Under the pieces are notes generated by a model. It had not been told where the DNA came from, ran no database searches, and saw only the letters and a program-made list of their open reading frames with translations. The translations under genes were made by a program, and so were the position numbers. Source: Acidimicrobiia bacterium (GTDB lineage Bacteria; Actinomycetota; Acidimicrobiia; IMCC26256; JAENVU01). From it: a DNA stretch of 64,000 nucleotides. Shown here piece after piece: positions 9,760-18,226 of the stretch. Every line of letters begins with the position of its first letter. The stretch's first letter is position 1. Where the stretch lies: contig DASXYP010000031.1 in NCBI GenBank assembly GCA_036502405.1, forward strand, positions 21,799 through 85,798, given 5' to 3'.

Positions 9760-12168
9760 GTGCTACGGGCGGCGCATAGGCTGCGGAACGTGATCCCCCC
9801 CGAAGACGCGCGGTCGCTGCTCGACGCGCCCCTGGCCGACGTGGTCGCGGCCGCCGGCCGTCTGCGCGACGAGCACCACGGCAACCGCATCACCTACTCC
9901 CCCAAGGTCTTCATCCCGCTCACCATGCTCTGCCGCGACCGCTGCGGCTACTGCACGTTCGCCAAGCCGCCGGCCCGCCTCGACCACGCGTACCTGCCCC
10001 TCGACGAGGTCCTCGCGATCGCGCGCGCAGGCGCGGCGATGGGGTGTCACGAGGCGCTGTTCACGCTGGGTGAGGCGCCGGAGGACCGGTACCCGGTCGC
10101 GGCCGAGTGGCTGGCCGCCCACGGGTACCAGAGCACGATCGACTACCTGGAGGCCGCGTGCCGCGCGGTGCTCGAGGAGACCGGGCTGCTGCCCCACGCG
10201 AACGCGGGTGCGCTCAGCCAGGCCGATCTCGAGCGGTTGCGCGCGGTCAGCCCGTCGCAGGGGATGATGCTCGAGTCGCTCGCGGACCGGCTCCACGAGC
10301 CCGGTGGGCCGCACCACGGCGCGCCGGACAAGACCGCGAGCCGGCGGCTCGCGACCCTGGAGGCCGCGGGAAGGGCGAGGATCCCGTTCACGACCGGGAT
10401 CCTGGTCGGGTTCGGCGAGACCGCGGCAGAGCGGCTCGACGCCCTGCTGGCGATCCGCGCGTCGCACGAACGGCACGGCCACGTCCAGGAGGTGATCGTG
10501 CAGAACTTCCTGCCCAAGCCGGGCACGAAGATGCACGACGCGCCGCCCTGCGCGCCCGAGGAGCTGGTGCGCACCATCGCGATCGCCCGCCTGGTGCTCG
10601 GTGGCGCGATGCACGTGCAGGCGCCGCCGAACCTCACCGACGCGGCCGAGCTCGGAGATCTCGTCGCCGCCGGGATCGACGACTGGGGCGGTGTGTCGCC
10701 GCTGACCGCCGACCACGTGAACCCCGAGCGTCCCTGGCCCGCGCTCGAGCTGCTCCGCGGCGCGACCGAGGCGGCCGGCAAGACGCTCGCTCCCCGCCTC
10801 ACCGTCTACCCGGAGTACGTGCGCGACCCGGATCGGTGGCTCGACCCGGCGGTGCGATTCCCGGTCCTGTGTGCGAACGACCTCGAGGGCCTGGCCCGCG
10901 ACGACGACTGGGCGAGCGGCGGCGACACCGCGCCCCGTACGCTCCTCCCCCCGCCCACCCCGGCGCGGGCGGGTGGACCGGTGGGTGAGGTGCTCGAGGG
11001 TGTCCGTCGCGGCGACGTGGTCGGCGAGGCGGAGATCGTCACGCTGCTCGGCGCCCGCGGCCCCGAGCTCGCGGCGGTCTGCGAGGTGGCCGACGACCTG
11101 CGGCGCGAGCTCGTCGGTGACACGGTCACGTTCGTCCGCAACCGCAACATCAACTACACGAACATCTGCACGTTCAAGTGCCGGTTCTGCGCCTTCTCCA
11201 AGGGGCCCTTGTCGCTCAACCTCCGCGGCGACCCGTACCTCCTCGGGGTCGAGGAGATCCAGGCCCGCGTGGTCGAGGCCGTCGAGTGCGGCGCCACCGA
11301 GGTCTGCCTGCAGGGCGGGATCCACCCCGACTTCGACGGCGAGTACTACCTCGACGTCGCCCGCGCGGTGAAGGCGGTCGCGCCGGACATCCACGTGCAC
11401 GGGTTCACCGCGCTCGAGGTGACCGAGGGCGCACGGCGCCTCGGGATGGACCTGGGTGAGTACCTCACGCTCGCGAAGGAGGCCGGGCTCTCCACGCTCC
11501 CCGGCACCGCGGCCGAGATCCTCGACGACGAGGTCCGGGCGATCATCTGCCCCGACAAGATCGACACCGAGGAGTGGCTCGAAGCGCACCGGATCGCGCA
11601 CGGCGTCGGCCTCCGCTCGAACGTCACGATCATGTTCGGCCACGTCGAGCGACCCGAGCACGTGGCCCGGCACCTGGTCCGCACCCGCGCGCTGCAGCTC
11701 GAGACCGGCGGGTTCACCGAGTTCGTCCCGCTGCCGTTCGTGCACATGGCGACCCCGATCTTCCTGCAGAAGAAGGCGCGGAAGGGCCCGACGTTCCGCG
11801 AGCTGCTGCTCATGCAAGCGGTGGGTCGCATCGCGTACCGGGGGGCGATCGACAACATCCAGGTCTCGTGGGTGAAGACCGGCATCGCCGGCGCCCGCCA
11901 GGCGCTGCAGGCCGGGTGCAACGACCTCGGCGGCACGCTGATGGACGAGAACATCTCGCGCGCCGCCGGTGCGAGCCACGGGCAGGAGGCCGACGAGCAC
12001 GACTTCCACGCGATGGTGGACCCGCTCGGCCGGCCGCTCGAGCAGCGCACCACGCTGTACGGCCGGATCCGGACCGAGGGGCGCCGGCTGCGCCCCGCGC
12101 CCGAGGCACACGATCACGGCGACGCGGTCCCGGTGGTCCTCCGGCCGTCGGCTCCGGTCGAGGCCTGA
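9760..12168 (+). CDS. fbiC: FO synthase (fused CofG/CofH; 7,8-didemethyl-8-hydroxy-5-deazariboflavin synthase, F420 pathway)
   Basis: 802 aa with two radical-SAM halves. The cluster motifs are CRDRCGYCTF (N-terminal half) and CTFKCRFCAF (C-terminal half). The start is GTG 9760 or GTG 9790. Confidence 0.95.
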   Translation: MLRAAHRLRNVIPPEDARSLLDAPLADVVAAAGRLRDEHHGNRITYSPKVFIPLTMLCRDRCGYCTFAKPPARLDHAYLPLDEVLAIARAGAAMGCHEALFTLGEAPEDRYPVAAEWLAAHGYQSTIDYLEAACRAVLEETGLLPHANAGALSQADLERLRAVSPSQGMMLESLADRLHEPGGPHHGAPDKTASRRLATLEAAGRARIPFTTGILVGFGETAAERLDALLAIRASHERHGHVQEVIVQNFLPKPGTKMHDAPPCAPEELVRTIAIARLVLGGAMHVQAPPNLTDAAELGDLVAAGIDDWGGVSPLTADHVNPERPWPALELLRGATEAAGKTLAPRLTVYPEYVRDPDRWLDPAVRFPVLCANDLEGLARDDDWASGGDTAPRTLLPPPTPARAGGPVGEVLEGVRRGDVVGEAEIVTLLGARGPELAAVCEVADDLRRELVGDTVTFVRNRNINYTNICTFKCRFCAFSKGPLSLNLRGDPYLLGVEEIQARVVEAVECGATEVCLQGGIHPDFDGEYYLDVARAVKAVAPDIHVHGFTALEVTEGARRLGMDLGEYLTLAKEAGLSTLPGTAAEILDDEVRAIICPDKIDTEEWLEAHRIAHGVGLRSNVTIMFGHVERPEHVARHLVRTRALQLETGGFTEFVPLPFVHMATPIFLQKKARKGPTFRELLLMQAVGRIAYRGAIDNIQVSWVKTGIAGARQALQAGCNDLGGTLMDENISRAAGASHGQEADEHDFHAMVDPLGRPLEQRTTLYGRIRTEGRRLRPAPEAHDHGDAVPVVLRPSAPVEA

Positions 12169-12293
12169 CCGCTGCAGGATTCCGAGCAAGGAGCACCGTT
12201 GACGGAGAGTGGAGCGGGGACACGCCCTGCGTGGAGCCGATCGATGAGCGGAGCGTGGCCCCAGCGGCGCGGCCCCGAGGTCGGAGAGCGGGA

Positions 12294-13286
12294 ATGACGG
12301 ACGTGGTGGGGATCGGCAACGCGCTCGTGGACGTGCTGAGCCACGAGACCGACGAGTTCGTCGAGGCGCAGGGCATGGTCAAGGGCACGATGGCCCTGAT
12401 CGACACCGAGCGGGCCGAGGCGCTGTACGCCGCGATGAACCCGGCGGTCGAGATCTCCGGCGGTTCCTGCGCGAACACGATGGTGGGTCTCGCATCCTTC
12501 GGCAGTGCTGCCGCGTTCATCGGACGGGTGCGCACGGATCAGCTGGGCGCGGTCTACGCGCACGACCTGCGCGCCGCGGGCGTGCAGTTCGACACCCCGC
12601 CGGCCACGGACGGGCTTCCGTCGGGGCGCTGCCTGATCGTGGTGACGCCGGACGCGGAGCGCACGCTCAACACCTACCTCGGCGCATCGGCGGAGCTCGG
12701 TGAGTCCGACGTGGACCCCAGCTTGATCGCGTCGGCGTCGATCACGTACCTCGAGGGCTACCTGTGGGACTCCCCCGGCGCCCAGCTCGCGTACCGCGCC
12801 GCGGCCGCTCGAGCTCACGAGGCCGGGCAGCGCGTCGCGCTCACCTTGTCCGATCTCTTCGCCGTCGAGCGGCACCGCGAGACGTTCCTCGAGCTCGTGG
12901 CCGAGTCCGTCGACATCCTCTTTGCCAACGAGGCCGAGATCTGCGGGCTCTACGAGACGGACGACTTCGACACCGCGGTCGGCCGGGTCACGGGCCACTG
13001 CGAGGTCGCGGCGCTCACCCGCAGCGAGCAGGGCGCGGTGATCCTGCGCGGCGACGAGGTGCACGTCGTGCCCGCGCATCCCATCCCCGGGGGCAAGCTC
13101 GTCGACACCACCGGGGCCGGTGACCTCTACGCGGCCGGCTTCCTCCACGGCTTCACCCAGGGCTACGACCTCGACCTCTGCGGCCGCCTCGGCGCGCTCG
13201 CCGCGTCCGAGATCATCTCCCACCTCGGCGCGCGGCCGGAGACGAACCTCGCCGAGCTCGCGCGCCCGCTGCTCGCCGGTCGCTGA
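12294..13286 (+). CDS. PfkB-family carbohydrate/adenosine kinase
   Basis: ATG 12294 inside ORF 11574..13286 (MTDVVGIGNALVDVL...). It has the C-terminal PfkB signature DTTGAGDLYAAGFLHG. Confidence 0.8.
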   Translation: MTDVVGIGNALVDVLSHETDEFVEAQGMVKGTMALIDTERAEALYAAMNPAVEISGGSCANTMVGLASFGSAAAFIGRVRTDQLGAVYAHDLRAAGVQFDTPPATDGLPSGRCLIVVTPDAERTLNTYLGASAELGESDVDPSLIASASITYLEGYLWDSPGAQLAYRAAAARAHEAGQRVALTLSDLFAVERHRETFLELVAESVDILFANEAEICGLYETDDFDTAVGRVTGHCEVAALTRSEQGAVILRGDEVHVVPAHPIPGGKLVDTTGAGDLYAAGFLHGFTQGYDLDLCGRLGALAASEIISHLGARPETNLAELARPLLAGR

Positions 13287-14332
13287 TGCACAAGCTCCCG
13301 CGCTACCGGACCGGCGATCCGGAGCTCGACCGGGCGGTGGCAGAGCTCGTCGACGAGGTCCACCCGGGGCGCAACGAAGACCTCGTGTTCGAGCTGGTCA
13401 CGTCCGCGCTCCGGCTCGCACGCGACGGCGCGTCGCGCGGTGACCTGAAGGTCGCGAACGCCGCCCTGAAGGAGCTGCGCTACGCGTTCCAGGTGTTCTC
13501 GCCGTACCGCGCGGCGCGGAAGGCCTCGATCTTCGGGTCGGCGCGCACCCGGCCCGACGACCCGCTCTATGACCAGGCGCGCCGGCTCGCGACCGCGCTG
13601 GCCGCCCACGACTGGATGGTCATCACCGGCGCGGGTCCCGGGATCATGACCGCCGGCATCGAGGGCGCGGGCGTCGAGAACGCGTTCGGGGTGACGATCC
13701 GGTTGCCGTTCGAGGCGACGACGAGCGAGTTCCTCGCCGGCGACCCGAAGCTCGTGAACTTCCGCTACTTCTTCACCCGCAAGCTCACGTTCGTCAAGGA
13801 GTCGGACGGGTTCGCGCTCCTTCCCGGCGGGTACGGGACGCTCGACGAGGCGTTCGAGACGCTGACGCTCATCCAGACCGGCAAGGCGCAACCGGCGCCG
13901 ATCGTGCTGCTCGACGTCCCTGGAGGGACCTACTGGCACCGGTGGCTCGAGTTCGTCGAGGCGGAGCTCGCCGACCGCAACTACATCGCGACCGAGGATC
14001 TCAACCTCGTGCTCGTCACCGATGACGTCGCGACCGCGGTCGAGGAGCTCACCGGCTTCTACGCCAACTACCACTCGATGCGCTTCGTCGAGGGCAATTT
14101 GGTGCTCCGGGTGCAGCACGCGCCCGACGACGAGCAGCTCCAGGCGATCAACGAGGTCTTCGCGGAGATCGTCGTGAAAGGCCGCATCGAGCGGAGCGGC
14201 CCGACCAAGGTCGAGGTCGCCGACCGGGACTTCGCCGAGCTCGATCGGGTGACGTTCCGCTTCGACCGGCGCAACTGGTCCCGGCTCCGCGACCTCATCG
14301 ACGCGCTCAACCGCCCGTACCGCGAGGTCTGA
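13286..14332 (+). CDS. LOG/TIGR00730-family nucleotide 5'-monophosphate nucleosidase-like protein with N- and C-terminal extensions
   Basis: 348 aa. The LOG core motifs are ITGAGPGIMTAG and LPGGYGTLDEAFE. The start overlaps the kinase stop (TGATG). Confidence 0.8.
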   Translation: MHKLPRYRTGDPELDRAVAELVDEVHPGRNEDLVFELVTSALRLARDGASRGDLKVANAALKELRYAFQVFSPYRAARKASIFGSARTRPDDPLYDQARRLATALAAHDWMVITGAGPGIMTAGIEGAGVENAFGVTIRLPFEATTSEFLAGDPKLVNFRYFFTRKLTFVKESDGFALLPGGYGTLDEAFETLTLIQTGKAQPAPIVLLDVPGGTYWHRWLEFVEAELADRNYIATEDLNLVLVTDDVATAVEELTGFYANYHSMRFVEGNLVLRVQHAPDDEQLQAINEVFAEIVVKGRIERSGPTKVEVADRDFAELDRVTFRFDRRNWSRLRDLIDALNRPYREV

Positions 14333-14333
14333 G

Positions 14334-14384
14334 CGCTTTGGCGTCGCTTACCCACCGTATGGGTGGGTAGACGACGCCAAAGCG
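14334..14384. terminator. long compound hairpin between convergent genes (bidirectional terminator candidate)
   Basis: The outer 13-bp stem is CGCTTTGGCGTCG (14334-14346) with CGACGCCAAAGCG (14372-14384). The inner 8-bp stem is TACCCACC (14349-14356) with GGTGGGTA (14362-14369). It begins 2 nt after the LOG-gene stop. Confidence 0.55.
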
Positions 14385-14398
14385 TTCGGGGGGTGTGG

Positions 14399-14605
14399 TC
14401 AGGGGCCGTCGGCGGCGGTCAGGTCGGTGGTGTCGAGGGCGCGGATCGCCTTCTCGATCGCCCTCCGGGCCTGCAGCAGCTTGCGCTCGTCGGCCTTGGC
14501 CGCTTCGCTCCCCGCGGCGGCCTCGCGCAGGCGGTCGTACGCGAGGTCGCGCAGCTGCTCCTCGATCGACCGCAGCTGGTCGACGAGCTCCTCGGCGCCG
14601 GTCAT
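14399..14605 (-). CDS. hypothetical 68-aa helical protein, translationally coupled to the glcF-like gene
   Basis: This is the distal part of ORF 14399..15268 (MTGAEELVDQLRSIEEQLRDLAYDRLREAAAG...). Its ATG overlaps the glcF-like TGA by 1 nt (TGATG). Third-codon-position GC (GC3) is high. I recognise no family. Confidence 0.45.
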   Translation of the reverse strand: MTGAEELVDQLRSIEEQLRDLAYDRLREAAAGSEAAKADERKLLQARRAIEKAIRALDTTDLTAADGP

Positions 14606-15759
14606 CACAGGGCCTCCTCGACCAGCTCGGCCGGATGACGGACGTCGAGTCCCGCCGCCGCGAGGTGCATCGTGCATCCGGGATTCGCGGACGCGACGAC
14701 GAAGGGGCGACCGCGCGCGGCGGCGCGGATCGCCGCGACCTTGCGTTCCCGCACCGCGCCCGAGAGCGCGGGCTCGGTGACGCTGTACGCCCCGCCCGCA
14801 CCGCAGCACAGCCCGTCGTCGTCCAGCTCGACGAGCTCGTAGCCGTCGCGCAGCACCGTCCGAACCGCGCGTTCGACGTGCTGGACGTGACGGAGGTGGC
14901 ACGGGTCCTGGACGACCACGGTCCGCCCGGTCGGGAGCAGCGGTGGCGTCTCGCGCCCGGCGAGCCATTCGGAGAAGTCCACGACCCGGGCCGAGAAGGT
15001 GCGAGCCGCGTCGGTGTCGAGCAGGCGTCCGTAGTCCTTCATCGCCGCGCCGCACCCCGCGCTGTCCACGACCACAGGGCCCTCGCCGGGGAGCGACGCG
15101 ATGACTCGACGGGCGAGGTGCTTCGCCTCGTCGTCGCGACCGGCATGAAGGTGCAGCGCGCCACAGCAGTCCCCGCCGGGCCCCGAGAGGCCGGGCCGGG
15201 TTCGGGCCGCGCGCATGACGGTGAGCGCGGCACGGTGGACGTCGCGCTGCCACGCGTCCATCACGCATCCGGTGAAGAGGAACGCATCGGGGTCGGGATC
15301 ACCGTGCAGGGGTGCGCGCAGCGACCGCAGCGAGATCGGGGGGAGCCCCAACCGCGAGGGAACGAGATGGAGCTGCTGCGCGACGGCCAGCACCCAGCTG
15401 AGCGCGAGCAGCACCGCGTGCCGTGGGAGGACCAGGTGGTACGCGAGCCACTCCACCGCTCGCCGGGGCGGCGACCGATGCGGCCGGATCGCCGCGCGCG
15501 CCCCCTCCATGAGGTGGCCGAACGGCACGGATGACGGGCACGCGACCTCGCAGCCCCGGCACACGAGGCAGGCGTCCATCGCCTCGGTGAACGGCGCGTC
15601 GATCGGTGCCCCGCGCAGCTGCACGGCCTGCATCGCCGCGATGCGCCCACGCGGCGAGGCGACCTCGAGGCCGGTGACCCGGTACGTCGGGCACGCGGGG
15701 AGGCACAGCCCGCAGGCCACGCAGGCGACCAGCTCGTCCTCGGGCAGCTGGAGGGTCAC
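14605..15759 (-). CDS. glcF: glycolate oxidase iron-sulfur subunit-like (GlcF; 4Fe-4S dicluster plus two CCG domains)
   Basis: This is the distal 384 codons of ORF 14605..16947, started at GTG 15759 (VTLQLPEDELVACVACGLCLPACPTY...CLVCRGCEVACPS...). CCG-type motifs are present (DSAGCGAAM, LCCGAGGAY). It overlaps the glcE stop (GTGA). Confidence 0.85.
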   Translation of the reverse strand: MTLQLPEDELVACVACGLCLPACPTYRVTGLEVASPRGRIAAMQAVQLRGAPIDAPFTEAMDACLVCRGCEVACPSSVPFGHLMEGARAAIRPHRSPPRRAVEWLAYHLVLPRHAVLLALSWVLAVAQQLHLVPSRLGLPPISLRSLRAPLHGDPDPDAFLFTGCVMDAWQRDVHRAALTVMRAARTRPGLSGPGGDCCGALHLHAGRDDEAKHLARRVIASLPGEGPVVVDSAGCGAAMKDYGRLLDTDAARTFSARVVDFSEWLAGRETPPLLPTGRTVVVQDPCHLRHVQHVERAVRTVLRDGYELVELDDDGLCCGAGGAYSVTEPALSGAVRERKVAAIRAAARGRPFVVASANPGCTMHLAAAGLDVRHPAELVEEAL

Positions 15760-16763
15760 GCGGCGCTCCCGACGACGGGCAGGCGACCCGGGTTCAGCTT
15801 GCCGGCCGGGTCGAACGCGTCCTTGATCCGGGCCGACAGCGCGGCGTTCGGCAGGGCGGAGCCGAACGGGTCGAGCCCCGGCGCCCCGGCCTCCCGCAGC
15901 AGCCAGCCTCCCTCGGCCTCGACCGCGGCGCGGGCCGCACCGAGCGCGGCCTCGGTGGCCGCGCCGATGTGCACGGTGCCGACGCCGCCCTCGGCGAGCC
16001 AGCTCACGCGGAGGGCGTCGAGCCGGGGCCCGAGTGACGCAACGCGGCCGGGTGCGACCGAGCCGCGCCCGCGGTGCTTCTCTGCCGGCCAGGCCGGCGG
16101 GTCGTCGACCGCGGTGATGTCGCCACGCGCCTGCTCGCTCGCGACGTCGTCGGGATGGCCCTCCAGGAGGACGGAGGTCCGGTGGCCGTCCCACGCCAGG
16201 CAGGACGGCTTGAACAGGAGCGCCCTGAGCTCCCCGGGCGGGTGAGCGCTGGTGCCCCACCGGGCGACCATCGGGCGGGGCACCGTGCGCAACGTCACCT
16301 GGACGACGACCCCGAGCGTGCCCAGCGAGCCGACGACCATTCGCGGCAGGTCGTAGCCGGTGACGTTCTTCACCGTGGGTCCCCCACCGCGCACGAGCCG
16401 GCCGTCGCCCGTGACCATTCGCACCTCGAGCACGCGGTCGCGCACCGGCCCGGCGCGGAGCCGCCGGCGCCCGGAGAGCCCACACGCGAGGACGCCGCCG
16501 ACGGTCGCCCGGTCGTCGCGCGGGTCGAGCGGGCACTCCTGGCCGTGCTCGGCCAGCGCGGCCGACAGCTCGTGCACCGGGGTGCCGGCGCGCACGGTCA
16601 CGGTCATGTCCCCGGGCTCGTAGCTCACGATCCCGCCGGGGACCACGAGCTCGACCGCGCCGGGCGCGGTAGCGCCACCGACGTCGCGGTGCGTCCCGGC
16701 GCCGCGCACGACGACCGCGTCGGCGCGGTCGATCGTGTCGACGATCTCGTCGACCGGGTTCAC
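15756..16763 (-). CDS. glcE: glycolate oxidase FAD-binding subunit-like (GlcE)
   Basis: From ORF 15756..16802. It has the FAD_binding_4 pattern (...VVRGAGTHRDVGG..., ...GGPTVKNVTGYDLPRMVVGSLGTLGVV...). I prefer GTG 16763, which overlaps the glcD stop (GTGA). GTG 16769 and GTG 16802 are alternatives. Confidence 0.8.
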   Translation of the reverse strand: MNPVDEIVDTIDRADAVVVRGAGTHRDVGGATAPGAVELVVPGGIVSYEPGDMTVTVRAGTPVHELSAALAEHGQECPLDPRDDRATVGGVLACGLSGRRRLRAGPVRDRVLEVRMVTGDGRLVRGGGPTVKNVTGYDLPRMVVGSLGTLGVVVQVTLRTVPRPMVARWGTSAHPPGELRALLFKPSCLAWDGHRTSVLLEGHPDDVASEQARGDITAVDDPPAWPAEKHRGRGSVAPGRVASLGPRLDALRVSWLAEGGVGTVHIGAATEAALGAARAAVEAEGGWLLREAGAPGLDPFGSALPNAALSARIKDAFDPAGKLNPGRLPVVGSAA

Positions 16764-18058
16764 ACCCACGCGCCTTCCGGCACGCGCATGGTCTCGCCGC
16801 ACCGGCTCCCCCTGGGCAACACCTTCTGCGGGTTCGACCGGCCGTCGGGGTCGAACGCGTCGCGCAGGCGCGCTTGCGCGTCGAGGTCGTCGGCGGTGAA
16901 CACCAGGGGCATGAAGTCGCGCTTCTCGAGCCCGATGCCGTGCTCACCGCTCAGGACGCCGCCGGCCGCGATGCACGCCCGGACGATCGCATCACCCGCG
17001 GCGTGCACGCGCGGCCAGATCCCCGGCTCGCGCGCGTCGAACACGAGCAGCGGGTGGAGGTTCCCGTCGCCGGCGTGGAAGACGTTCATCACGAGCAGGT
17101 CCTGCTCGGCCGCGATCGCGTACACCTCGCGCAGCACGTCGAGGAGCCGGGTGCGCGGGACGACCGCGTCATGGAGGTAGTAGTCGGGTGCGATCCGGGC
17201 GATCGCGCCGAACGCGGACTTGCGGCCCTTCCACAGGAGCGCGCGCTCGGCCTCGTCGGCGGCGACCCGCACGTCACGGGCTCCGTGTGCGCGCGCCACC
17301 TCGTCGACGACGGCCACCGCCGCGTCCACCCCCGCGGGCAACCCGTCCAGCTCGGCGAGCAGCACCGCCTCGGCGTCACGCGGGTAGCCCGCGTGGACGA
17401 AGTCCTCGACCGCCCGGGTGATCCGGGCGTCCATCATCTCGAGCGCGGACGGCACGATCCCGGCGGCGATGATCGCGCTGACGGTCGCGGCGGCGTCGTC
17501 GATCGACGTGAAGTCCAGGAGGAGGGTGCGCACGCACGGCGGGTCGGGCTGGAGCCGGACCGCGATCCGGGTGGCGATGCCCATCGTCCCTTCGCTGCCG
17601 ACGAAGCACCCGCGCAGGTCGAGGCCGGGCGTGTCCGGCTCGAGGCCACCGAGCCGGGTGACCGTGCCGTCGGGGAGAACGACGTCGAGCGCCAGGACGT
17701 GCGCGGAGGTGACCCCTGCCGCGAGGCAGTGGGGCCCACCCGCGTTGGTGGCGACGTTGCCGCCGATCGTGCAGGCCTGCTGGGACGACGGGTCCGGTGC
17801 GTAGTGGAGACCGAGGTGCGCGACCGCGCGGCTGAGGTCGAGGTTGAGGATCCCCGGCTCGACCCAGGCGACCCGCGCCTCGACGTCGACCTCCAGCAGA
17901 CGGTTCATCTGGGTGGTCACGATGACCAGCGGGTCGTCGACGGGCGTCGCGCCGCCGGCCAACCCGGTCCCACTCCCCCGGGCCACGAACGACCGGCCGT
18001 GCCGGATCGCACACCGCACGGCGTACGCGACGTCCTCGGTCGAGCGCGGGAAGCACAC
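16760..18058 (-). CDS. glcD: FAD-linked oxidase (GlcD-like glycolate/D-lactate oxidase subunit)
   Basis: 432 aa from GTG 18058 (...FPRSTEDVAYAV...ARGSGTGLAGGATP...GEHGIGLEKR...). Family-typical N-terminal sequence continues upstream to 18187 with no canonical start codon (see findings). Confidence 0.9.
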   Translation of the reverse strand: MCFPRSTEDVAYAVRCAIRHGRSFVARGSGTGLAGGATPVDDPLVIVTTQMNRLLEVDVEARVAWVEPGILNLDLSRAVAHLGLHYAPDPSSQQACTIGGNVATNAGGPHCLAAGVTSAHVLALDVVLPDGTVTRLGGLEPDTPGLDLRGCFVGSEGTMGIATRIAVRLQPDPPCVRTLLLDFTSIDDAAATVSAIIAAGIVPSALEMMDARITRAVEDFVHAGYPRDAEAVLLAELDGLPAGVDAAVAVVDEVARAHGARDVRVAADEAERALLWKGRKSAFGAIARIAPDYYLHDAVVPRTRLLDVLREVYAIAAEQDLLVMNVFHAGDGNLHPLLVFDAREPGIWPRVHAAGDAIVRACIAAGGVLSGEHGIGLEKRDFMPLVFTADDLDAQARLRDAFDPDGRSNPQKVLPRGSRCGETMRVPEGAWV

Positions 18059-18226
18059 GGCGACGGCTCGGCCCCGATCGGTCCCCGCGTCGCGGGCGTA
18101 GAGCGCGAGCTCCAGCGGCTCCGCGCGCGCCTGCCCGGCGCCGAGTCCACGTACGAGGTCGGCGACGAGCGCCTCAGAGCTGGTGATCCACCGATGCTAC
18201 TGACGGTTGCCGCTACATTTCGCGGC

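Noticed and set aside
41-12189. Very long antisense or alternative-frame ORFs in the track, such as 41..1366(-), 687..4130(-) of 1147 aa, 5892..7793(-) and 9763..12189(-) of 808 aa. Similar ones occur throughout the window, for example 28302..29789(-), 42629..44797(-) and 47067..48644(-).
   Set aside because: Their translations are Arg/Pro/Gly/Ala-rich with no recognisable motifs. They lie exactly opposite or out of frame to genes with unmistakable family signatures (tkt, zwf, fbiC and others). Stop-poor shadow frames are expected at this GC content.
12169-12293. A 125-nt leader upstream of the PfkB kinase, examined for a riboswitch (SAH, SAM, purine classes).
   Set aside because: I could not find any conserved riboswitch core sequence that I know. 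There is no convincing terminator or anti-terminator.
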